The position numbers and the translations under genes are program-made. From a virus, in the IMG/VR virus record IMGVR_UViG_3300030328_001039, positions 1-64,000 of that record: a DNA stretch of 64,000 bases; one strand, 5' to 3'. Below the pieces are notes generated by a model that worked only from the letters and a program-made list of their open reading frames with translations, searched no databases and was not told where the DNA came from. Positions 25,949 through 35,500 of this stretch are shown piece after piece (the stretch's first letter is position 1; the number at the start of each line of letters is the position of its first letter).

Positions 25949-26569
25949 ATGAGTGACATAATGGCATTGGATATTGAGACTGGTAACTACTCTTGGGAAA
26001 TAGGCGGTTGGGATAAACATAGCCTGTTTGAGCCTACAGTTGTAGCAACATGGGATGGTATAGAGGGTAATGTGTTTGCTAAGCAGCATATAGAAATGGC
26101 AAATGCTACTGTTCATGACTTACACCCTCGTACTCTTGGTGACCATTTGCAGAAACACATTGACGGTGGTGGTAAGATACTGGGTCACAATATTCGTGGT
26201 TTCGATTTGCCAGTTCTAAACGCTGCACTGGACTGCTGGACTGCTGGTGATTTGATGAGCAAAAGTGAAAGTATCATTGACACCAAGATGCTAGTTGATA
26301 AAGCAGCATTGAGCGTGGGTAAAGTTCACACCACACTTGACACTCTTGTACGCACTACTCTTGATTTGTCAAAGAGTATGCAGAGTAGCGATGCGCCATT
26401 AGCATGGCGTGAAGGTAAGTATCTTGAGGTAGCCGACTACTGCCTGAAAGATTGTCAATTGACTTACGACCTATACAAGTATGGTTGTGACAATGGCATT
26501 GTAAAGAGTCGTAGTATGGCTGACGGCTCTATAGTTGAAATTGAGGTTGATTGGAATGACGGAGAATAA
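25949..26569 (+). CDS. DEDD/RNase H-like 3'-5' exonuclease (YprB/RNase_H_2-like)
   Basis: ALDIET, GHNIRGFDL, YCLKD. Confidence 0.85.
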   Translation: MSDIMALDIETGNYSWEIGGWDKHSLFEPTVVATWDGIEGNVFAKQHIEMANATVHDLHPRTLGDHLQKHIDGGGKILGHNIRGFDLPVLNAALDCWTAGDLMSKSESIIDTKMLVDKAALSVGKVHTTLDTLVRTTLDLSKSMQSSDAPLAWREGKYLEVADYCLKDCQLTYDLYKYGCDNGIVKSRSMADGSIVEIEVDWNDGE

Positions 26570-28031
26570 TACAACACAAAGGCTAAACATAGAAGCAGTA
26601 AAGCGTATCGCTGAAACTGTAAGAACGACACTTGGGCCACTAGGCATGGACAAGATGATGGTAGACGGTGGTGGTAATGTTATCGTAACTAACGATGGTG
26701 CTACTATCCTACGAGAACTTGACACTGCTCACCCTGCTGCTAAGATGGTAGTAGAGGTATCTAAGATGCAAGAGGCAAATGCATACGATGGTACTACTAG
26801 CACAGTTGTACTAGCGAGTTCAATGCTCGCCAATTCAGAGAACTTATTCATTAAAGGACTACACCCTAATGTGGTTATCAAAGGCTATGCAGCAGCACGA
26901 AATATGGCTATTAAATGTCTTGATGGTATGCCTAATGCTGAGGGAGACTTACAGAAGATAGCAAAGACTGCAATCACTGGTAAATCCCTTGAAACATCAG
27001 AGGATAGAGTCGCTGACTTGTGTGTAGAAACAATAGAAGCAGTTGGAGACGCTCGTGAGGTAAGGACACTCGCTGCTCCCGGTGGCTCTTTGGCTGACTC
27101 TTACCTGTACCGTGGTGTAGTTCTCAATAAGGACTTCATTGGTGGCGGCGATGAGTTCAACAACTGGGCAAACGAAGATGGTGTAGAAGTATTACTACTC
27201 AATGGTGGGCTTACAGAGGGCAAGGATAGCACAAATGTATCTGTTCAAGTATCTGATGCTAACTCTTACAATCAAGTACAAGCGATGGGGCGTGACAAAT
27301 TACTTGCTGCTTCTAAGGCAGTGGTAAGCAGTGGTGCTAATGTGGTTCTATGCCGTGACGCAATTCACGATACCGCCATAGCATATCTACGCAAGCAAGG
27401 TATATCTGTAGTACAGAGAGTACCTGAGAGTACAATGCGTAGACTGTCAAATGAATTAGGAACACCCACGCATATGTTCCCTGACGCTACATCTACAACT
27501 GGTGCTGCTTTTATTTCTCGTGAGTCATACAACGATGTACCCTATCTATTCTTACACGCACAAAACAAAGAGGCTACGCTAGTATTGTTTGGTGCTACTC
27601 AATCTACTCTTGATGAGATTCAGCGTGGATTTGATGACGCTCTAGGGGTTGTATCATTGATTAAGAATGGTGATTCTATGCGCTATGGTGGTGGTTCTAC
27701 TTATCTTGCTATTGCTATGCACTTGCGTGCAAATGCTAGTGAAGTAGGTGGTCGTGCTCAAATGGCAATAGAAGCCTTTGCAGACGCACTTGAAGCAATC
27801 CCTGCTACCATCGCTGAAAATGCTGGTTATGATTCGCTTGATACTGTCTTAGCGATGAGACATGCTTTACCTGAGCCTTATGGCCCTGATGTGGAGAATG
27901 GTGGGATTAAACAAATGAAGGGAGTATTAGAACCAACATCGCTTATTCGTAGTGCCATCAATGGTGCCACTGAAGTTGCTAGTGCTATTCTACGCATTGA
28001 TGATGTAATCGGGCGTAGAGGTGCTGAGTGA
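26556..28031 (+). CDS. ths: group II chaperonin (thermosome subunit)
   Basis: RTTLGPLGMDKM, TNDGATIL, DGTTS, AFADALE.IP..IAENAG, ILRIDD. Confidence 0.95.
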   Translation: MTENNTTQRLNIEAVKRIAETVRTTLGPLGMDKMMVDGGGNVIVTNDGATILRELDTAHPAAKMVVEVSKMQEANAYDGTTSTVVLASSMLANSENLFIKGLHPNVVIKGYAAARNMAIKCLDGMPNAEGDLQKIAKTAITGKSLETSEDRVADLCVETIEAVGDAREVRTLAAPGGSLADSYLYRGVVLNKDFIGGGDEFNNWANEDGVEVLLLNGGLTEGKDSTNVSVQVSDANSYNQVQAMGRDKLLAASKAVVSSGANVVLCRDAIHDTAIAYLRKQGISVVQRVPESTMRRLSNELGTPTHMFPDATSTTGAAFISRESYNDVPYLFLHAQNKEATLVLFGATQSTLDEIQRGFDDALGVVSLIKNGDSMRYGGGSTYLAIAMHLRANASEVGGRAQMAIEAFADALEAIPATIAENAGYDSLDTVLAMRHALPEPYGPDVENGGIKQMKGVLEPTSLIRSAINGATEVASAILRIDDVIGRRGAE

Positions 28032-28195
28032 TGGGCAGACTCCTTGACAAACTCAAGGTAAAATGTAGGGCTTGTTTACACGAGCATATACCAAGAAGGC
28101 TACAAGCCCGTTACCTAGATGGTAAGCGTGAGCGAATAAGTCTATGGCAGTGCAAAGAATGCGGTCACATTTGGCAAGATAGTGCCTTCAAGTAA
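28031..28195 (+). CDS. 54-aa TFS/RpoM-type zinc-ribbon micro-protein
   Basis: Read manually: MGRLLDKLKVKCRACLHEHIPRRLQARYLDGKRERISLWQCKECGHIWQDSAFK; TGATG overlap with thermosome stop. Confidence 0.65.
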   Translation: MGRLLDKLKVKCRACLHEHIPRRLQARYLDGKRERISLWQCKECGHIWQDSAFK

Positions 28196-28200
28196 CCGTA

Positions 28201-30816
28201 TCACGGTAATTGTCCACCAACAGTAGGTGCAACATGAGTTGCTAGGTAATCTACAAGTCTGTTGATTGCATCTTCTGTTGTAGGCGGAGGCCCAGCAGCG
28301 GGATTCCAATGAGCCGGATTAGCAGGGTTGTAAGCGTGACCGGCTGCGGCTACTGTGTCGGTTGAAGTGAATGTAATTGTATCAGTTCCCGCAGTAGTGG
28401 TAATGGCTGTTGCACCAGCCCCTACGAGCGTCAGTGTATCATCTGCTGCGTCTGCTACTACATCCGTTTGACCCGCTACTGCTATGGTCTTGAATGCTAA
28501 ACTTGCACCACCACCGCCACTTGCAGCAGCCCACTTAACACCGGATGCTTCGCCGCTATCGGCTGTTAGAACATGATTGTTAGTTCCTACCGCTAGGCGT
28601 GTAAGAGTATTGTTAGCAGTTGCTACGAAAATATCACCCTTTGCATTAACATCAGTTTCCATAACTGCACCTGCTGCGTTTACAGTTGTTGCATCAGTCA
28701 CATCTGCACTCGCAGAAATACCGTCTAACTTAGTTTTGTCACCATTAGCAAATGCACCCTCGGAAGGTTTAGGTTGAAGTGTGGAGATTGTTACTCCTTT
28801 AACACCAGCAAGGTCAGTCAATTCTGAGTCCATCAAAGCACCTGCGGCAGTTACATTTGTAGCGTTAATATCACTTGTTAAAGCAACAGTGCCTGTAGCA
28901 TTTGGTAGAGTAATAGTTCTATCAGCGTCAGGGTTTGATACAGTTAGCGTAGTCTCGTGAGCGTTTGCTGCTGAGCCTTCAAAGACAACATTAACATCTA
29001 CACCAAGATTGACATTAGTATCAATAAGCACTCTCTCAGTTCCCGCTGTGTGCATAGAAATAGTATCAGCATCGGATGAAGTTTCTACATCTACCTTAGT
29101 ATCAGCATCAGCATCGGCTATGTTACTGGGGGTAGACCCGCCCAGTGCCGCTATAGAAGTAGCAGTTACAGTTTTGAGATTATTAGAATCATCAATATCC
29201 CTAACGAACACTAAGTCACCTGATGCTATAGAGCCACTTGTGATAGCACTCAATGACCCTGATAAAGCAGTCTTGATATTTGCTTCATCAGTAACATCGG
29301 CAGCAGTCTCTATGTTTGTGAGTTTAGTACGCTCGCCTGAAGTTATGATAGCACCTGAACCAGCGTTGCTTACATCACTTAGTTCAGTAACACTGTCTGT
29401 AGCGTGTAGAACTTTCTTATCAGTTCCGGCATCATCAGTGAAGTAAAGTCTGTTAGGTGCATCATCCTTTACCCATAGTAAACCCTTACCAGCAGCCGTT
29501 GTATGACCTGTAGCGGCTACATTGGCTTTCTCATCTATGACTAACCCAGTAGGGTCAATCAACCCAGTAACTGTGAGTTTACCATTCACTGTAAGTGTAG
29601 AAGTACCAGTAGTCCAAAACAACTTAGCATCACTTGTGTGGCTACCTGAACCATCAGACAACTGGACTAAACCTGTTGCACCACTTGCTAGGTGAGTAAC
29701 AGTAGAACTGTGAATTACCTTTACCCAAGCAGTGCCGTTGTATACGAACATAACTGCCTCTGTGTTAGCCATTCCTATGTTCACTCCACTGGGGTCAAAG
29801 GTGACAACACCAGCCCCTGTGTTACTTACGATAACCGTGTGACCGGGAGGGAATGTTCCTGTTGGGGTCAAACTCTTAGAACTACCACCACTGAATGCGA
29901 ATACCTGTGCATCATCGAACTCAAAGTTACGACTCGCTGTTAAGGATAAAATACGATTTGGCCCAAGTAAGTGCGTGTGTCTGTTAGAACCATCTTTAGC
30001 ACTAAAGTATAGATTTGGTAGTCCATCATCTTCATTGTAAGACAACCACATAACACCATTATTACCGAAATCACCATGTTGCCCTGAACCATGTATTTGT
30101 TCTAACGCAGTGTGTGTATTCAAATGGTCGGTAGAGTTAGGTGCGCCCGTAGTTACGGGAGACAAATAGAACGGAGAAGGTCTGATGAATACTCTCTTAT
30201 CGTTAATTTCATCAATGTCTAAGTAAAGGTCATTAGCAGTAGCAGCACCGCTGTTATACGAAGCCCTTACGGTAGCCAATACCAAAGACTGTTTGTTATG
30301 AGCAGGGGTACTACCCCCATCCATTCTTAGATATGAGTTAGTAATCCCACTATCTAAATCTGCATAAGCACCAGCAGCAGTAGTAACTGCTGTAGTTTGC
30401 ACCCATTTTGCGCCATGTGCGGTAGCAATAATAGCAAACAAACACTCTTTGTCCGGTGAACCAGTCAAGACAGTATGACTTGTACCTGCTAATTTATCAC
30501 TTGAAGTTGTTGTCAAATCAAGAGTTACATCTCCACCTGAACCATTGTCTATGGCGTAAGGCACACCGTCAAGAATCACACTACAAGCCTTGATTGTAAC
30601 TTGATGGTCAGCACCACTACTCACTGCACCCGGTAGATTAGCGGGAGTAATACGGTCACCAGTAGGGCTACCATATGCTGTATCATATGGATTTAGTATA
30701 CCGTTTCCGTGTAGTCCTTCGTAGATATTAGTCAGTGATGGTGACAGTATATGGTCACCATCTCTTAGTCCGTCATTCGCCCCTGCTGTATGTCCTGATA
30801 TTGGATTCTGCCCCAT
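28201..30816 (-). CDS. tail fibre protein
   Basis: Gly/Ala/Thr-rich 871 aa; repeated (E/D)xTKLxxI...ADVTD and NVxAAGAxM segments typical of marine-virus fibres; last gene of tail module. Confidence 0.75.
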   Translation of the reverse strand: MGQNPISGHTAGANDGLRDGDHILSPSLTNIYEGLHGNGILNPYDTAYGSPTGDRITPANLPGAVSSGADHQVTIKACSVILDGVPYAIDNGSGGDVTLDLTTTSSDKLAGTSHTVLTGSPDKECLFAIIATAHGAKWVQTTAVTTAAGAYADLDSGITNSYLRMDGGSTPAHNKQSLVLATVRASYNSGAATANDLYLDIDEINDKRVFIRPSPFYLSPVTTGAPNSTDHLNTHTALEQIHGSGQHGDFGNNGVMWLSYNEDDGLPNLYFSAKDGSNRHTHLLGPNRILSLTASRNFEFDDAQVFAFSGGSSKSLTPTGTFPPGHTVIVSNTGAGVVTFDPSGVNIGMANTEAVMFVYNGTAWVKVIHSSTVTHLASGATGLVQLSDGSGSHTSDAKLFWTTGTSTLTVNGKLTVTGLIDPTGLVIDEKANVAATGHTTAAGKGLLWVKDDAPNRLYFTDDAGTDKKVLHATDSVTELSDVSNAGSGAIITSGERTKLTNIETAADVTDEANIKTALSGSLSAITSGSIASGDLVFVRDIDDSNNLKTVTATSIAALGGSTPSNIADADADTKVDVETSSDADTISMHTAGTERVLIDTNVNLGVDVNVVFEGSAANAHETTLTVSNPDADRTITLPNATGTVALTSDINATNVTAAGALMDSELTDLAGVKGVTISTLQPKPSEGAFANGDKTKLDGISASADVTDATTVNAAGAVMETDVNAKGDIFVATANNTLTRLAVGTNNHVLTADSGEASGVKWAAASGGGGASLAFKTIAVAGQTDVVADAADDTLTLVGAGATAITTTAGTDTITFTSTDTVAAAGHAYNPANPAHWNPAAGPPPTTEDAINRLVDYLATHVAPTVGGQLP

Positions 30817-31160
30817 TACTTCACCTCAATTAGAATCTGTATTCGTATCTCGTTTGATGCTGTTTTATTAAACGCTGCTATCGTATGCCTTGCTATTGGT
30901 ATCGTATTCAGAGCACCTCTGAATTGAACAAAGACTTCTCGTAAGTCCTCGTTAAATGTGTGATTTGCCCCTAAGAAGCCCTCCACTAGCAAAGAAGAAT
31001 CGCTGACTATTCGTACTGTAGGATTGATAACTTTAGCAGGTCTACCTGCTGCCCCGTCACTTTTTGTTGCAGGGTTACCATCGAAACCAATAACCATCTC
31101 ATTGATGTTATCAGCAATAGTCTCAATTAACAATCGTCTTACATGATTTGATACTGGCAT
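30816..31160 (-). CDS. putative tail-tip/baseplate small protein
   Basis: 114-aa ORF between hub-like gene and fibre. Confidence 0.55.
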   Translation of the reverse strand: MPVSNHVRRLLIETIADNINEMVIGFDGNPATKSDGAAGRPAKVINPTVRIVSDSSLLVEGFLGANHTFNEDLREVFVQFRGALNTIPIARHTIAAFNKTASNEIRIQILIEVK

Positions 31161-32588
31161 CTACTCACCTCTATTTACAAACTTCAAAGTCTTGCTGCCA
31201 CCAACGGATTCTTTGTCGCCACTTCTACCTACGACACCTCGACCCATACCTCTACCAATGATGAAACCATCGCCTGATACACCGTGGCCTACTACCTCTG
31301 TGATAACAACTGATATGATTTCTAAGTCACCGAATAAAGCCATGTTCTTCTCAACAATCTGCTCGATTGAATCTTCTAGGTCGCCTGTATTTTTAGTGCC
31401 TTCAAGCAATCCTTGTAGTACACCTTCTACACCACTCTCTACACTCAAGAATACAAGGTCGGCAGTATTACTAGCGAGTTTGTGTCTAACCTCTACCAAT
31501 ATCTTTCTCTGACCATCGTACTCAATAATCATACCCGGTCTTAAATCCCAAGAGTTAGGGTGACCAATACTTGTTAAATTACCAAGCATGACTGAGTTGG
31601 CTTTGAGTATGTTACGCCCTACTTCTCTTGCTTGCTCGTTACTGCGTACAGTAAAATCACCGACAACTTGCGGCTCTTCTAATACCTCTCCGGCACGACC
31701 TGACTGCTTTTCTGAATTGTTTACCTCTGCGTAAGCAGTATCGTTTACAGCCGTAGCCACGCCTTCTACAATAACTCGATTTGATATGTTCTCAACTGGG
31801 TTGTTGATAGCAGGGCCAACACGAGCGTTAGCGTCTATGAATCTACTCTTTTCTTCAAATTGGAATGGAACATAAAGCAAGTTACCAAACCTGTCAAAGT
31901 GAATAACCCTACCGTCATGGCGACTAATAAATCGCATAGCATCTACAAGTGTTATGCCGTGGAAATCTACACCAAGGAAACTACTACTGTGAAGCCTTCT
32001 ATCTACCTCAGAGTTGCTTGGACTCATAGGTAGTGCTATGTTCACGGATGTAAGAGAGTCAGCAATATCTTTACTAATGCGTAATGCCAAGTCTGTAGTT
32101 CTTAAACCAGCATCAATAGACTGTCCAAAGTGTGCTTGTCTACCTACAAATCCAAGCGACTCTAGTGTTTTACCCTTGGTGTTTCTAACAGCGAATGTAG
32201 TACCAGTGCCGCTAGAAATTACTGAAGATGTTCGTAGTCTCTCATGCTCAGCATCTTTACCATAAAGCAGCACTGGTTTGTTTTTGTCAGTGTCGCTGGT
32301 GATTGATGAATCTAAGTAAACAATTGCTCCCTCGTAGTTTCTACCATGCGTACCTGTATGTTTTAGAATTACAGAATCTTGCAGTTCGGTCAAGGTGTAA
32401 GTATGCGGGGTGGCGATACCATAGTTAGCAGTCTTGCGCTGCCTCACTGTGACTTTCTTCTCCAAGTTTCTCTGTGGGGTATACTCACCAAGATGCAGAG
32501 CATTATCCACAAACTTTGGTTTACGAACCGCTTTCATTACAGCATCTGTATCTGCTGTCGCTCGCTTGTCCTTGAGTAAACCCATCAC
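31161..32588 (-). CDS. putative tail-tip hub protein
   Basis: HFDRFGNLLY, NRVIVEG, LRPGMII...LVEVRH motifs typical of hub/Tal-like proteins; position. Confidence 0.6.
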   Translation of the reverse strand: MMGLLKDKRATADTDAVMKAVRKPKFVDNALHLGEYTPQRNLEKKVTVRQRKTANYGIATPHTYTLTELQDSVILKHTGTHGRNYEGAIVYLDSSITSDTDKNKPVLLYGKDAEHERLRTSSVISSGTGTTFAVRNTKGKTLESLGFVGRQAHFGQSIDAGLRTTDLALRISKDIADSLTSVNIALPMSPSNSEVDRRLHSSSFLGVDFHGITLVDAMRFISRHDGRVIHFDRFGNLLYVPFQFEEKSRFIDANARVGPAINNPVENISNRVIVEGVATAVNDTAYAEVNNSEKQSGRAGEVLEEPQVVGDFTVRSNEQAREVGRNILKANSVMLGNLTSIGHPNSWDLRPGMIIEYDGQRKILVEVRHKLASNTADLVFLSVESGVEGVLQGLLEGTKNTGDLEDSIEQIVEKNMALFGDLEIISVVITEVVGHGVSGDGFIIGRGMGRGVVGRSGDKESVGGSKTLKFVNRGE

Positions 32589-35500
32589 GCATCACCACTG
32601 TGGTCTGATGTGTTGAACGATACATCTTCTTTATGCCCTTTACTATGCAGCGATTGACTGAACCTTGATTTAACAGTGTAGTCCTTACCTTGTCCTGTTC
32701 TTCTAGGAGCATCGCTCTTGAAATGCTGTAGGGTATTTTCACTTATGACAAGTCTAGTAACGCTACTCTTTAATGTCGTTTTGTCAAAGCCAGTAACCCC
32801 CGTACCCGGCAACTTCGGGCCTTTTGACACCGGCAGAGTGTCACTGCTAGACTCAACTAAGTACACTGGTTGGTACGGGGCTGATGTGTTAGGGTTAGTA
32901 GCACGCATGTATGACCCACTGCTCGCTCTACCGCTTGGTGTTGAGTAGGTAAACAACCCATACTTACCACCAGCAGTGGCGGTAAATGCAGTGCTACCAT
33001 TTTGTTTACTGCCGCTGTGTAGAGCCAATGCTGGTCTAAATACTGCTATGTGTTGATTGTCAAGTAATCGAATAGGTCTGAGCATAAACTGCACAGCATC
33101 ATCAGTCATGTTTGTTGGGTTTGCTATCGAACTTGTTGTTTGGTATGGATTGCTTGTTTTATTACCACTCATACCGCTGCGCCCCCATCCTGTATCATCG
33201 AATGGACTGGCGAAACTACGAGCCTCCAAGATGTAAGTTCCACCCATTGATTTGAAGTTAGAAGTATGACTAAATCTCATTACACCACCATGAGGTTGAG
33301 CAGCAAACGATAGCGTAGTCAAGTCATAGTGACCCAGCGTTTGAGAGCCTGACTGCATACCACCCTGTAGCACAACTCTTTGTCCTACACCTCTGTTAGT
33401 GTGTAGGCTATGTGCCTCTGAGTTAATGGCTACCATGTTGCTATTACTGCCAGTCAAAGATTCTATTGTATCACCGTCTATACCAATTCTTGGAGAAGAG
33501 CGAGAAATAGCATCTTTGTGTACTGATGTACCACTGATTGATTCTACCTTGTCGCTCACTGTTGCTTCAGGTTTTAACAAACCATCCTCGTCTACCTCTA
33601 GTCTACTACTGATACCTCTTACAATTTCACTTGCTTGCAGTACATCGTTTCTTGGGCGAATTAGACCTTCACCAAATGTAGGTTCTGCTGTGTTACCTGA
33701 TAATACTATACCTGAGTTTTCGTAGACAGCACTGAGTTCTACCAATCTATCTTCGTTAAACTGAGTTGGGAATCGCACACCACGACCATTACCCATATCT
33801 CCTACTCGCATAGCGTTTGTAGGAGCAAATACATCGACTAAGGTAGTGTCTGTATTATTGTTACCAGTGTTCTTTCTACCACCGAATCTAGGAATAGTGA
33901 CTGTAGGTGATGACAATACATTACCGTTAGTGAAATTGACAATACCCTTCAAGTCAAAGATAGGCTTACCGTTATTCCAAACTCGCTCAAATGGTGTACG
34001 ACCATTGGCTCTATCATATTCGTATGCGTCTCCAGCATCCCAAGATGGGTTAATACCGAAACTACGAACTGGGAATCTTCGTACATCTTCACCACGAGTA
34101 TTGCCCCACCAATCAATCAGATAATACGATACGGCATCTTTGTAATACAACTTCCCCATACCAGCGGAATCGCCCCACCAATCTCTTAGTACAGTGCTCG
34201 CATTTCTTATGGTACGAATAGCACAACCAAATCCTCTTGTCATTCTACGCCCCTCGCTGTAACGAACTTGCCATTCGTACTTGTCAGCGTTCAACATACC
34301 CGCTGCTGTAGTGCTACGCTCGATAATACCAACATAGGTTGTTGGTAAGTTAGTATTGCTTTGTGTTGTATCTCCACCAGCGTAAAGCCACCCGTTGCTT
34401 GTTATGGCTTCGTATTCTACCAGTGGCCCTGCTTTGTAGCCTACTGCAAAGTTACTTGCTCCTGAGTGAGTGGCTTGCTCTTGGTATGCACGCATACCAT
34501 AATGACCCCATTGAGGTCTATTCCAAGCCTGTCTTAACCCAAAGCGATAACCAAACGGATAGGTACGAAGAGTGCTTAACGAACCAATGCTTACACCGCT
34601 AGAAACCGCATAAGTACCAGCATCGTCATCATCCTCCCAATGTGTACCGGCAGCATGTGCATAACTTTGCGGTAAATGCCATGCTGCTGCTGACATAGCG
34701 TAGCCATCCAATCGACTAACTAATGCTCCACCACGACTACCGCAAGGCCAAAAGTTCGTCAGCATAGCAGTTGGCCCGCCTTGAGATGAAATACCAGTCA
34801 TACTGTGTATGTTTGCAGCGGTATCAATTGACCCATCGCCGCCTACATACACAGTATCTCCAGTTACCAAGTTACTGCTTTCAAATATCTTGGTGTAAAG
34901 TGTAATGTTAGCACTACTAACAGTGTTTACTCTACCAAGAACTCTACCCTTTGCGAATAGCACATCATTTGAAGATACACCACTAACAGTTGTGGTCATT
35001 GTTATCACTGTAACAGTAGTGGTAGTAATAGTATGAACAGTTCCAGCGAGTGGTTGAGGGGGCTTTGGTGTTTTCATTTGTAGAGAGAATGGGCCATGAC
35101 TTGCGGTGTAATTAACATCCTGATAGTGTATTGTCTCAAAATGCTGTGGCATACTGTTGTATGCTGCATTGTTTACTGCTCTATCCGTTGTGTGATTTAC
35201 ACCGTTTGTAATCCATGTTCTACTTGCATCGGAATAGAAAGTATGAGGGCGACCCAAATTAGGACTCCAAGCACATAGGTATGCATCGGTTAGGAAAAGA
35301 CTGTTTGTATCTCTTGTACCACTTAGTAACTGTCCTAGATTCTTTGTCATTACACTTTCACTATCTATCTTGAGAATATCATTAACAGATTTTGTAGAGT
35401 ACGGTTTGCTTAATGTCAGTTTAGTACCACTCGTTAATGTAACACCTGTAGGTAGATGGAATATATCAGGCTCATTCATAGTACCTGAACTGTGTGTTGT

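Noticed and set aside
28196-28200. Bidirectional terminator at the convergence of the two arms
   Set aside because: Only 5 nt between stops; no clear hairpin or T-tract
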